Source: Chitinophagales bacterium (GTDB lineage Bacteria > Bacteroidota > Bacteroidia > Chitinophagales > Chitinophagaceae). From it: a DNA stretch of 64,000 nucleotides. Position numbers and translations under genes: made by a program. The stretch is taken from the NCBI GenBank assembly GCA_038226715.1, contig JBBRQF010000004.1, forward strand, positions 86,360 to 150,359. The letters run 5' to 3'. The notes beneath the pieces were generated by a model. That model was not told where the DNA came from. It worked only from the letters and a program-made list of their open reading frames with translations, and did not search any database. Shown here in pieces: positions 21,044-30,235 of this stretch; the first letter of the stretch is position 1, and each line of letters starts with the position of its first letter.

Positions 21044-21149
21044 AAAGCTCAATAAAGTTATACTGTACAAGAGTGCGACGCCAATGAAGTAAAATAGAAT
21101 TACAAGGGCTGGGCTAAAAAAGAGATGCTTCGTACCTCAGCATGACAGA
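21044..21149. repeat. Composite intergenic repeat, copy 1 (REP-like AGATGCTTCG..CTCAGCATGACA core plus TACTGTACAAGAGTGC segment)
   Basis: Aligns colinearly with 22062-22210. Confidence 0.85.
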
Positions 21150-21222
21150 GCAAGGGAGTGATAGGACTGCTATCATTTTTAATTCTTAATTGATGTAGGT
21201 TTCGAAAGATAAAAAAGCACTG

Positions 21223-21870
21223 CTAATGCAAAGGAAATGTATTTACGTTTGGTAAAACTCTTGAATAGTTAGTAGTATCCTGCATACCTATTTGTAAGGT
21301 ATCAACTAACGTGCGGTAACCTCCCAGGTTTGTGTCCCAGGCCGAATACATAATATTGTTTACAGCATTCGGCAATACCCTGTTCATGATAATTGTATCT
21401 AGCGTTTGCCCATACAAAACATGTCTTGTATTAGCTGATAAAACTACCAGGTCGTTAAATGGGTTATTGGTTATTGTTAAATGTGTTTTCAAATAGTTGA
21501 ATTCTCTTGCGGCTATTATTATATTATTTCTTGTTCCCGGTGTTAGGGTTACCGTGGAGCTTCGGTCATAGTTTTCATCATAATTAATCCTGGCTTCATA
21601 TCCAATACTTAACCCGTCTCCATTAAAGGACAAAATGAAGTTCCCATTCAGATCTGTTTTAGCTGTTGCTACTACGGTGGCACAGGAAATGGAGAATGTG
21701 GTTCGTCTGCATCCATAAATAGTTACCGTTGCATTGGGAAGCTTTTTATTTTTTACAGAATCGATAACATAGCCAGCTACTGTTGTTAATACATTCTCTT
21801 TTATTGCTTTCTTGCAGGACATTGCAAATATCAGCAACATAACAACCGCAATAATTTTAAAGTATGCCAT
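21223..21870 (-). CDS. Hypothetical lipoprotein with carboxypeptidase-regulatory-like Ig domain
   Basis: Lipobox FAMSC; VAGYVIDS...LPNATVTI...TDLNGNF pattern. Confidence 0.7.
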   Translation of the reverse strand: MAYFKIIAVVMLLIFAMSCKKAIKENVLTTVAGYVIDSVKNKKLPNATVTIYGCRRTTFSISCATVVATAKTDLNGNFILSFNGDGLSIGYEARINYDENYDRSSTVTLTPGTRNNIIIAAREFNYLKTHLTITNNPFNDLVVLSANTRHVLYGQTLDTIIMNRVLPNAVNNIMYSAWDTNLGGYRTLVDTLQIGMQDTTNYSRVLPNVNTFPLH

Positions 21871-22061
21871 ATTGAATAATTGGTATTAATTTTTTAAAAA
21901 GTGCAGCCAACTGCAAAATTTTCAAAATTGCGATATAATAACAACTGGATCAGCAACTGAAATTAGAGTAAATATTTTTGCGTTTCATAATTGGTACTAC
22001 CGAATGCTTTATAAAACTAATTCTTAATATTGGAAGTCAAGATTTATTTTACGCTTATATA

Positions 22062-22210
22062 AAAGTTCAATGAAGTTATACTGTAAAAGAGTGCCCCGAA
22101 AGCTTTCGGGATAAACTGTGCCAATGAAACTAAATAGAATTGCTGAAGCCAGGCTCAAAAAAAGATGCTTCCCGAAATAATCGGGACAGGTCGTTCCTCA
22201 GCATGACAGA
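22062..22210. repeat. Composite intergenic repeat, copy 2, with two nested CCCGA..TCGGG palindromes
   Basis: Shares AAGTTATACTGTA.AAGAGTGC, GCCAATGAA..AAATAGAATT, AGATGCTT and CCTCAGCATGACAGA with copy 1. Confidence 0.85.
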
Positions 22211-22220
22211 AGCGAAGGGG

Positions 22221-23354
22221 TCAGACCAACTCCTTCAACTTCTCCACCACCATATCAACTTCTTCCCTGGTATTGTGTTTGCTAAAACTAAAACGTACAG
22301 TTACCTGGTTGGGGTTGTTGTTGATGGCACGGATAACGTGGCTGCCCTGTTCGGCGCCACTGGTACAGGCGCTGCCGCCGCTGGCGCAGATATTATTTAT
22401 GTCGAGATTGAAAAGTATCATCTCCGATTTTTCTGTTTTGGGGAAACTGGCGCTGAGTACTGTGTACAAACAACGGCCCAATGCATCGCCGTTAAATGCA
22501 ATGCCGGGAAGATGTTTTTTCAGTTCGTCCATCATATAATACTTGAGTGTACCAATGTATGCCATGTCTTCTTCATGCGTGGCGGTTGCCATTTCAAGCG
22601 CTTTTGCAAAGCCCACAATGCCGTACAGGTTTTCGGTGCCGGCACGCATGTTGCGTTCCTGTCCGCCGCCATGTACAAAGGGTTTTATGCGTACATTTTC
22701 GTTGATGTATAAAATGCCCACGCCTTTTGGTCCGTGAAATTTATGAGCAGCACCAGTAATAAAATGTACCGGTGTATTGCGCAGGTCAAAAGGGAAATGC
22801 CCAACGGTTTGCACGGTATCGCTGTGAAAAATGGCGCCATACAATTTGCATAATTCACCCACCGCATGAATATCTAAAATATTACCTATCTCGTTATTGG
22901 CATGCATTAAGGTAACCAGTGTTTTTTCTTCGCTGGCTGCCAGTAATTTTTCCAGGTCATCAATATCTATATGCCCGTTCGGCAATAGTTTTACATAGCT
23001 CACCTTGGCAATATCCAGGTTATCAATATGCTCTACGGAATGTGTTACGGCATGATGTTCTATCGGCGAAGTGATGACGTGCCTGCAACCCAGATCCCTT
23101 ACAGCGCAGGAGATTGCCGTGTTGCTGCTTTCGGTACCGCCACTAGTGAAAAATATTTCGGCAGGGTGTGCATTTAAAATTTTGGCCACAGTCTTACGGG
23201 CTGTCTCAATTGCCATGCGGCTTTCTCTTCCATAAGAATAAATGGAAGATGGGTTACCAAACTTTTCAGTCAAGTAAGGCATCATGGTTTCCAGTACCTG
23301 TGCATCAAGTGAGGTGGTTGCGGCGTTATCGAAATAAATACGGGATGTACTCAT
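22221..23354 (-). CDS. iscS: Cysteine desulfurase (IscS/NifS group I)
   Basis: YFDNAATT, GNPSS, FTSGGTE, PLP lysine AHKFHGPKG, catalytic loop SGGSACTSG. Confidence 0.92.
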   Translation of the reverse strand: MSTSRIYFDNAATTSLDAQVLETMMPYLTEKFGNPSSIYSYGRESRMAIETARKTVAKILNAHPAEIFFTSGGTESSNTAISCAVRDLGCRHVITSPIEHHAVTHSVEHIDNLDIAKVSYVKLLPNGHIDIDDLEKLLAASEEKTLVTLMHANNEIGNILDIHAVGELCKLYGAIFHSDTVQTVGHFPFDLRNTPVHFITGAAHKFHGPKGVGILYINENVRIKPFVHGGGQERNMRAGTENLYGIVGFAKALEMATATHEEDMAYIGTLKYYMMDELKKHLPGIAFNGDALGRCLYTVLSASFPKTEKSEMILFNLDINNICASGGSACTSGAEQGSHVIRAINNNPNQVTVRFSFSKHNTREEVDMVVEKLKELV

Positions 23355-23375
23355 AAATATATTTTAAAGAATTTT

Positions 23376-23463
23376 ATTACACTAATTATTACTAATTACA
23401 CGAATTGATAAGAAAAGTGCATAATTCGTGTAATTCGGGTAATCCGTTTTCAAATTCGTGTAA
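23376..23463. repeat. 9-mer tandem plus inverted repeat array (ATTACACGA / AATTCGTGT)
   Basis: attacacta/attacacga left arm; aattcgtgt aattcgggt aatccg..aattcgtgtaa right arm. Confidence 0.75.
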
Positions 23464-23468
23464 CAGAT

Positions 23469-24848
23469 TTACATCATCTTCCCGATATCCTGCATCAGTT
23501 TTTTTGCAATATTATCTGCCTTAGATTCAAAATCACTTTCGGCATAAATGCGTATAATAGGTTCTGTGTTGCTGGTACGTAAATGTACCCAATCATTGTC
23601 GAACTCTATCTTTAAACCATCCTCTGCATTTATCGGCTGATTCTTATACAGGTCTTTTATGCTTTCAAAAATAGTTTTTATATCAGTACCGTTGGGCAGT
23701 TCAATTTTATTTTTGCTGATGAAGTAATCGGGGTACGTACTACGTAATTGTTTAATTGTTTTATTACTGTTGGCCAGGTGTGTTAAAAACAGCGCAATGC
23801 CGATCAAAGCATCCCGGCCATAATGCAGGTCGGGCACAATGATACCGCCATTACCTTCACCACCGATGACTGCATCAACAGCTTTCATTTTATTTACCAC
23901 GTTCACTTCGCCAACCATACTGGGAAAATATTGGCCGCCATGTTTTATAGTTACATCTTTTAAGGCTTTGGTGCTGCTCATGTTGGAAACCGTATTGCCT
24001 TTTCTTTTGCTCAATATATAATCTGCCACTGCAACCAATGTATATTCTTCGCCAAACATACTGCCATCTTCACAAACAAAACAAAGACGGTCAACATCCG
24101 GATCCACGGCAATACCCAGGTCGGCATGGTGCTTTACCACGGCACTGCTTAAATCTGTTAAGTGCTCAGGCAGCGGCTCGGGATTGTGGGCAAAATGGCC
24201 GTTCACCTCTTCGTTTAGAATCACAATATCTGTTACACCCAGTTCTTTTAACAATGCAGGTATGGCAATGGCACCCGTACTGTTTACCGCATCTACAACT
24301 ATTTTAAAATTTTTAGATCTTATGGCAGCAACATCAACCAGTTCGTAATTAACAACCGCATCAATATGTTTCTGCAGCAAAGTTTCATCTTTGGTATAAG
24401 TACCCAGTTTATCTACAGACGCAAATGTAAAATCTTCTTTTTCGGCTGCCACCAGGATCAGTTTGCCTTCATCGCCACTGATAAATTCGCCTTTATTATT
24501 CAGCAGTTTTAATGCATTCCATTCTTTGGGATTATGGCTGGCGGTAAGGATAATGCCACCAGCTGCATTTTCAAATTTGACGGCCATTTCAACGGTTGGT
24601 GTGGTGCTAAGTCCAAGGTCAATAATATCAAGTCCCAAGCCAAGTAAGGTATTTACCACCAGGTTGCTCACCATTTCGCCACTTATCCGGCCATCGCGGC
24701 CAATCACTATTTTAGTGTTAGTGACTTGTTGTAATATCCAGGATCCGTATGCTGCTGCAAACTTCACAATATCAACGGGGGTAAGGTTATCATTGGTTTT
24801 TCCGCCAATGGTGCCACGTATGCCGGAAATACTTTTTATAAGTGCCAT
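23469..24848 (-). CDS. glmM: Phosphoglucosamine mutase
   Basis: Start moved to ATG 24848 (MALIKSISGIRG); TASHNP phosphoserine loop, DPDVDR metal loop, GGEGNGG. Confidence 0.9.
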   Translation of the reverse strand: MALIKSISGIRGTIGGKTNDNLTPVDIVKFAAAYGSWILQQVTNTKIVIGRDGRISGEMVSNLVVNTLLGLGLDIIDLGLSTTPTVEMAVKFENAAGGIILTASHNPKEWNALKLLNNKGEFISGDEGKLILVAAEKEDFTFASVDKLGTYTKDETLLQKHIDAVVNYELVDVAAIRSKNFKIVVDAVNSTGAIAIPALLKELGVTDIVILNEEVNGHFAHNPEPLPEHLTDLSSAVVKHHADLGIAVDPDVDRLCFVCEDGSMFGEEYTLVAVADYILSKRKGNTVSNMSSTKALKDVTIKHGGQYFPSMVGEVNVVNKMKAVDAVIGGEGNGGIIVPDLHYGRDALIGIALFLTHLANSNKTIKQLRSTYPDYFISKNKIELPNGTDIKTIFESIKDLYKNQPINAEDGLKIEFDNDWVHLRTSNTEPIIRIYAESDFESKADNIAKKLMQDIGKMM

Positions 24849-24868
24849 TCTAAATTCTTTTAGGGACG

Positions 24869-24876
24869 CAAAGATA
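24869..24876 (-). promoter_or_regulatory. -7 promoter box (TATCTTTG) for glmM
   Basis: TAnnTTTG match 20 nt upstream of ATG. Confidence 0.6.
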
Positions 24877-24891
24877 AGAAACACTTAGAAA

Positions 24892-24926
24892 GTTAATGGT
24901 TAAAGGTTAATCGTTATTGGTTAATA
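24892..24926. repeat. Five tandem 7-mers GTTANNN between divergent promoters
   Basis: gttaatg gttaaag gttaatc gttattg gttaata. Confidence 0.8.
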
Positions 24927-24979
24927 GCTAATTATTTGGATGTGTTATATATTGGCTATACCCATTCACGATTAACTGC

Positions 24980-24987
24980 TAACTTTG
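24980..24987 (+). promoter_or_regulatory. -7 promoter box (TAACTTTG) 4 nt before ATG
   Basis: TAACTTTG-CCTC-ATG. Confidence 0.6.
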
Positions 24988-24991
24988 CCTC

Positions 24992-25735
24992 ATGCAACAA
25001 ACCTGGTTTAAAGATTGGTTCAACTCTCCTTATTATCATCAACTATATTTTAACAGGGATGACAGGGAGGCGGAGGCTTTTATTGATAAACTGATCAATT
25101 ACCTGAAACCTGCATCCGGAAGCTGCATGCTGGATGTGGCCTGTGGAAAGGGCCGGCACTCTATTCAATTAGCCAATAATGGGTTTGATGTAACCGGTAT
25201 TGACCTGAGCGATGATAGTATTAACGAGGCTTTGCTATCGCAGACAGAAACGCTTCATTTTTATAAACACGACATGCGGCTGCCTTTCTGGATAAATTAT
25301 TTTGACTATGCATTTAATTTTTTTACCAGCTTCGGATATTTTAAAACCAGGCGGGAACATGATAATGCCATACGTACCATTGCCCAGTCTTTAAAAAAAG
25401 ATGGAACCTTTGTGATGGATTTTTTAAATGTGCATTATGACGAAGATCATTTAATACACCAGTCTGAAAAAGAGATTGACGGCATTAATTTTATTATTAC
25501 CAAATGGTATGATGAAACCCATTTTTACAAGAAAATTGTTGTGGAAGATGAGGCCTTGCAGGAGCCTTTGATCTATACCGAAAAAGTAGCCAAATTTTCT
25601 TTGGGCGATTTTACAGAGATGTTTGCCTACCAGGGTTTACAGATACAGGAAGTGTTTGGGGGTTATGATTTTGGAAATTATGATGTAAAGCGTTCGCAAC
25701 GGATGCTGATGATAGCCAAGAAGATAAAAGCCTGA
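24992..25735 (+). CDS. Class I SAM-dependent methyltransferase
   Basis: MLDVACGKGRH motif I, DMR, FNFFTSFGYF. Confidence 0.88.
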   Translation: MQQTWFKDWFNSPYYHQLYFNRDDREAEAFIDKLINYLKPASGSCMLDVACGKGRHSIQLANNGFDVTGIDLSDDSINEALLSQTETLHFYKHDMRLPFWINYFDYAFNFFTSFGYFKTRREHDNAIRTIAQSLKKDGTFVMDFLNVHYDEDHLIHQSEKEIDGINFIITKWYDETHFYKKIVVEDEALQEPLIYTEKVAKFSLGDFTEMFAYQGLQIQEVFGGYDFGNYDVKRSQRMLMIAKKIKA

Positions 25736-25742
25736 TTGATAT

Positions 25743-25862
25743 GGGTCGGGACGCTAACCTTTGCATTGCAAAGGAGCGATCTGAACCATACTTTGATATT
25801 TTAAAACGAAAATTTACAATCATTGACACATACGATTCAGGCCGCTTAAAGCGTCCCGACTC
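25743..25862. repeat. About 120-nt multi-stem inverted-repeat element between convergent genes
   Basis: GGGTCGGGACGCT pairs with AGCGTCCCGACTC; internal CCTTTGCA-T-TGCAAAGG hairpin; AGCGATCTGAACC/GATTCAGGCCGCT second stem. Confidence 0.7.
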
Positions 25863-25866
25863 TGTC

Positions 25867-27849
25867 CTACTTGTTTTTATTATTGATCAGCATCCACCTC
25901 GCTGTTTCATAAATAGCAGAAGTGAGTTGAGATAAATGTTTTTTAACAGAATCCTGCTGAAGCGTGGATAATACGGGCAGGTTGTTTCTTACAGGTACGA
26001 GTTCTTCTTTATTGATACGGATATTTTTTCGGAAAAAATAATCATCATTAACCACACCGATCCAGCCGGGCGCATGATAGATGATGAAGGCGGCGTTTTC
26101 TTTTTTATTTGAATCGACCAGGTCTCTGCCCAATGTAGAATTCAGATACGGTTGCTGCATCATGCCTGCCACGGTTGGCAGGATATCAATTTGTGAAACA
26201 GCTTCGGTTCTTTTTTTTGCTGCCAGTAAAGCAGGTGCATAAAACAACAGCGGTACATGTTCATCACTCAGGCGTTGCTCTGTCCAGGCCAGGGGATAAA
26301 CAGCCGTGGCATTTCCTTCCACACCATGATCGCCGGTAAAAACAAAAATGGTATTATTGAACCATGGCGAGTTTTTTGCAGCTTCCATGAATTTTTTTAT
26401 GCAGTAATCGGTGTAAGCAAAAGCATGGTATTCCTTCAGCGATTCAAAACCATATTTTGCCAGTGTATCGGTATTAATATCTGCCCTGTTAAAATCCTTG
26501 TCTTCTTCGGGTATGTCAAATGGGCGGTGGTTATCGGCGGTTTGTATGATGGCAAAAAAAGGTTTCTGTTCTTTTGCCAAAAAACCATTGGCTTCCAAGA
26601 ATAAATTTTTATCGCTGATGCCCCATACATTCAGGTTTGGTGCCTTGTATTTTCCTTCTTCATACACATGCAGTTGATTGATATTATTAACCAATCCTTT
26701 AAAATTATTGAACTGGCTTCTGCCACCAATGAAATAATATTTTTCGTACCCGTCAAAATCATTGATGATAGTTCGTTGATTGATAGACTCGGGATTGCGG
26801 GTGGAAAATTTAGAAAGCTGCACATCGGGGATGCCGGTGATGGTTGCAAAAATACCACGGGCGGTGCCAAATGTGGGGGTAAAGCATCGTTCAAAAAAAA
26901 TACCTTCGTTACACAACTGGTTAAAATATGGCGTGCTGTTTAAGGGATTGCCGCTCATGCTGCTCTTGTACATGCTGAAGCTTTCGCAGATAACCAGTAC
27001 TACATTAGGCTGACTTTCAAATGCCCTGCTGCCCGGGTGTATCAGGCGGCTGTATCCTTTTTTAAAGCTGTTGTCTTTTTCCAATTGTAAAAAGCGGGAC
27101 ATGTCATTATAATATTCAGCGGCTTTTGTATTATGATCGGGATTTCTGAAACGAAGTGTTGTAAAAAAATTCTGAAGCGGGTTTAATGCCAGGTTACTTT
27201 TAAATTCATCATCTAAACTAAAGGCCCTGAAAAAATCGAGCGGCTTCATGGTAAAAAAACCGTACACAAACCAGCCCAGCAATAACAGGGCAGCGCCATG
27301 CCAGCGGCGGCGGTAGGTAAACTTGTGAATGTTTATATTTTTTTCAGTTACATCAACATGCATTCTGCGAAACATCCAGATCATCATCAGTACGGCACCA
27401 AATAAGCCAAACAGTATCCATACCACGGGATAACTCTGCCAAACCATCTGTAAACTTTCCCGGGGGTCTTCGGCAAAGATCAATGCATCTGCATTAAGCC
27501 TGGCATTGATGTAGGCAAACTGGCCAAAATCGGCACCATAAAAAAACAATACCAGTAAGGTGGTTACACCCAGGTAGGCAGTCCATATTTTTTTGCTACG
27601 TTCACTACTGAATGGAGAGAGCTGCGGAAATAAAGAAAGCACGGCAATCGGTAAAAGTATAATGGCGATCCAGCGCAGGTCGTATTTTAAACCCAGCCAG
27701 AAAGAAGGCCCGAGTTCCAGCACACTGAGGCTTTTGGGCTTAAAGCAGATGACGGTAGCAATACGGAAGGCAGTAAATATGCACAGGTATATCAGGAATA
27801 GTTTTACTATCCATTGTATTGTTTTGGGAACACGCCAACTGATGAGCAT
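25867..27849 (-). CDS. LTA synthase/sulfatase-like membrane phosphotransferase
   Basis: Five N-terminal TM segments, then NVVLVICES, catalytic T in FGTARG, NHRPF, FTGDHG. Confidence 0.88.
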   Translation of the reverse strand: MLISWRVPKTIQWIVKLFLIYLCIFTAFRIATVICFKPKSLSVLELGPSFWLGLKYDLRWIAIILLPIAVLSLFPQLSPFSSERSKKIWTAYLGVTTLLVLFFYGADFGQFAYINARLNADALIFAEDPRESLQMVWQSYPVVWILFGLFGAVLMMIWMFRRMHVDVTEKNINIHKFTYRRRWHGAALLLLGWFVYGFFTMKPLDFFRAFSLDDEFKSNLALNPLQNFFTTLRFRNPDHNTKAAEYYNDMSRFLQLEKDNSFKKGYSRLIHPGSRAFESQPNVVLVICESFSMYKSSMSGNPLNSTPYFNQLCNEGIFFERCFTPTFGTARGIFATITGIPDVQLSKFSTRNPESINQRTIINDFDGYEKYYFIGGRSQFNNFKGLVNNINQLHVYEEGKYKAPNLNVWGISDKNLFLEANGFLAKEQKPFFAIIQTADNHRPFDIPEEDKDFNRADINTDTLAKYGFESLKEYHAFAYTDYCIKKFMEAAKNSPWFNNTIFVFTGDHGVEGNATAVYPLAWTEQRLSDEHVPLLFYAPALLAAKKRTEAVSQIDILPTVAGMMQQPYLNSTLGRDLVDSNKKENAAFIIYHAPGWIGVVNDDYFFRKNIRINKEELVPVRNNLPVLSTLQQDSVKKHLSQLTSAIYETARWMLINNKNK

Positions 27850-27973
27850 AATTAATTATTTCCTTAAGCCAGGCAAAGTATGCGAATATACTACTTAGCA
27901 CAATCAGTTAAATGTCTTTTGGATTTTAAGATGCTGCCAGAGCAACGTACAGGGCAGTATTTCAGTTTAAAAA

Positions 27974-28047
27974 GTTGTCAGGCTTGAGCTCGTCGAAGCC
28001 AGCATCGATTATGGTAACCCGTCTTCGACAAGCTCAAGGCTGACAAC
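27974..28047. repeat. REP-type palindrome (GTCAG.CTTGAGCT.GTCGAAG ... CTTCGACAAGCTCAAG.CTGAC)
   Basis: 25-nt arms at 27974-27998 and 28023-28047 with 2 mismatches. Confidence 0.85.
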
Positions 28048-28151
28048 TCACGAGTTAATTGACAAATAAAACTGAGACAGTAACCAATGCAAACCAATAT
28101 CTAACCTAAAGGATAAATCGATATATTTGACCTTTTCAAAAACATGCTTTC

Positions 28152-29825
28152 ATGGGTAAAGGCCAACTCTCAAAAACCTCTTTTTTATTTTTATTGGGAA
28201 TTGTTATTTTATTAAATCTAACCGGCCTGTTCAATGAGATTATGGAGCCTGATGGAACACTGTATGCCGGTTTGGCCAAGCAGATTGCAAAGAGCGGTAA
28301 CTGGTTTAATTTGTGGATCAACGGGGCCGACTGGCTTGATAAGCCACACCTTCCTTTCTGGTTGGCCGCCATGAGTTTTAAGGTATTTGGATTTTCAGCA
28401 TTTGCTTACAAACTACCTTCTTTTCTCTTTTTTATTGTTTCCATTATTTACTGCTACAAATTAGCTGCAGCTATCTATTCAAAAGAGATTGCCAGGTTTG
28501 CAACATTAATATATGCTACAGCCTTACACACAATCATTTCAAATTTTGACGGTAAGGTTGAAATTTATTTAACTGCATTTGTTGTTGCGGCCATGTACCA
28601 TATGTATAAGGCATTTAATGAAAAATGGTTCGGGCATATTATTACTGCTGCTTTGTTTGCAGCCTGTGCGGTAATGACGAAAGGGATTTTTGCACTCATT
28701 ACCATTGCTGTAGGGTTTGTTATTTACTGGATCAAAACAAAACAGTGGAAAGAGTTTATAAACCCTAAATGGTATCTTTTTGTATTGCTCACGTTCATTT
28801 TTATTTTGCCGGAATTATATTCCTTATATGCTCAATTTGACCTGCACCCCGAGAAAATTGTTTTTGATAAAACACATGTTTCGGGCCTTCGGTTCTTTTT
28901 TTGGGATAGCCAGTTCGGCCGTTTTTTTAATAATGGCCCGATAACCGGCAAGGGCGACCTTTCTTTTTTTCTGCACACCAGTTTGTGGGCTTTTATACCC
29001 TGGTCAGTTTTATTGTTATTGTCAGTCATTAATTTGTTCAGCAAAAAAATAAAAGCTGCAGCTAATTATAACAGGTGGATAATAGGTGGCAGTGCGCTCT
29101 TTAGCTTTCTCATGTTCTCGGTCTCAAAATTTCAGTTACCGCATTATATCGTTATTTTATTTCCGCATTTTGCCATGATCACGGCAGCTTACCTTGTTGA
29201 AGGCGCTTCAGAAAAGGCACTTAAAAGAATCAATGTATTTCAATCCATATTATTTGTATTGCTTTTTGCTGCAGTAATATGGCTTGTAATATTGTATAAT
29301 TTTAATAACATGACCTGGTTTTTAATTTTGGCCGCTGCTATTGCTGCCATTGTTATTTTTTATAAACCGGGTTTTATATTGCCGGCATTGCTCAAAAAAA
29401 ATATTGGTTTTGCTTTATTGCTGGCTGTGTTTTTAAATTGCCTTTTTTATCCTTCGCTGTTAAAATACCAGGCTGGCATGATGGCCGGTAAATGGCTTAA
29501 CCAACAAGGTGTAACAAAGAAAGTGATTTTATACAATTGCCTGTCTTCCAGTTTCGATTTTTATTACCAGGGTGATATTGATTACAGCAAACCAACTGCA
29601 CAAAACATCAATGCATCAAAGGCTGGGGATTCGCTGTTGCTGTTTTCCATGCTACGGGATGTAAGAGACATTGATACGGCTGCAGTAAGTGTAACTGTTT
29701 TAAAAACTTTTTCATATTTCCATGTAAGCCAGGTTAATGGTAAATTCATTGATCATAATACCCGTCAGCAGGTGGTTGATACAATGGCCATAACTTTAGT
29801 AACCGGAAAAAATAATTCAAAATAA
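28152..29825 (+). CDS. ArnT-like glycosyltransferase (GT39/GT83, lipid-carrier dependent)
   Basis: MEPDGTLY, WLDKPHLPFW, VMTKG, SKFQLPHY motifs; many TM helices. Confidence 0.88.
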   Translation: MGKGQLSKTSFLFLLGIVILLNLTGLFNEIMEPDGTLYAGLAKQIAKSGNWFNLWINGADWLDKPHLPFWLAAMSFKVFGFSAFAYKLPSFLFFIVSIIYCYKLAAAIYSKEIARFATLIYATALHTIISNFDGKVEIYLTAFVVAAMYHMYKAFNEKWFGHIITAALFAACAVMTKGIFALITIAVGFVIYWIKTKQWKEFINPKWYLFVLLTFIFILPELYSLYAQFDLHPEKIVFDKTHVSGLRFFFWDSQFGRFFNNGPITGKGDLSFFLHTSLWAFIPWSVLLLLSVINLFSKKIKAAANYNRWIIGGSALFSFLMFSVSKFQLPHYIVILFPHFAMITAAYLVEGASEKALKRINVFQSILFVLLFAAVIWLVILYNFNNMTWFLILAAAIAAIVIFYKPGFILPALLKKNIGFALLLAVFLNCLFYPSLLKYQAGMMAGKWLNQQGVTKKVILYNCLSSSFDFYYQGDIDYSKPTAQNINASKAGDSLLLFSMLRDVRDIDTAAVSVTVLKTFSYFHVSQVNGKFIDHNTRQQVVDTMAITLVTGKNNSK

Positions 29826-29833
29826 AACGCGTC

Positions 29834-30214
29834 ATGTATTCCTTCATTTTAAAAATGATCAAATTCGGACTGGTAGGGTTACTGGGTATGACGATAGATT
29901 TTGGAACCACCTGGCTTTGTAAAGAAAAGCTGAGATGGAACAAGTATATTGCCAATGGTTGCGGGTTTACACTGGCTGTTATTTGTAATTACAGCATTAA
30001 CCGCCGCTGGACATTTACCAGCAGTAACCCGCATTGGGTAAAGCAGTTTACCCTGTTTGTAATAGTGAGTTTAATAGGTTTATTGCTTAACACGGCTTTT
30101 CTTTACTTTTTTCATCAAAAAAAGAATAAGAATTTTTATGCTGCAAAATTCCTGGCCATTGTGATCGTATTTGTCTGGAATTTCCTGGCGAATTTCTTTT
30201 TTACTTTTAAATAA
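29834..30214 (+). CDS. GtrA family protein
   Basis: 126 aa, 4 TM; KFGLVG...IDF...NYSINRRWTF...WNFLANFFFTF. Confidence 0.9.
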   Translation: MYSFILKMIKFGLVGLLGMTIDFGTTWLCKEKLRWNKYIANGCGFTLAVICNYSINRRWTFTSSNPHWVKQFTLFVIVSLIGLLLNTAFLYFFHQKKNKNFYAAKFLAIVIVFVWNFLANFFFTFK

Positions 30215-30235
30215 CTTAGCACTTATAATTTTATA

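Noticed and set aside
21908-21959. Three CAACTG hexamers upstream of the 21223-21870 lipoprotein as a LytTR operator
   Set aside because: Spacings of 34 and 12 nt do not fit the usual 21-bp period; short enough to be chance
22140-22712. 190-aa plus-strand ORF
   Set aside because: Antisense shadow of iscS that starts inside the repeat element; no recognisable motifs
25867-27849. Lipoteichoic acid synthesis in a diderm
   Set aside because: The family name reflects the sulfatase-like fold; diderm members transfer phosphoglycerol or phosphoethanolamine to other acceptors
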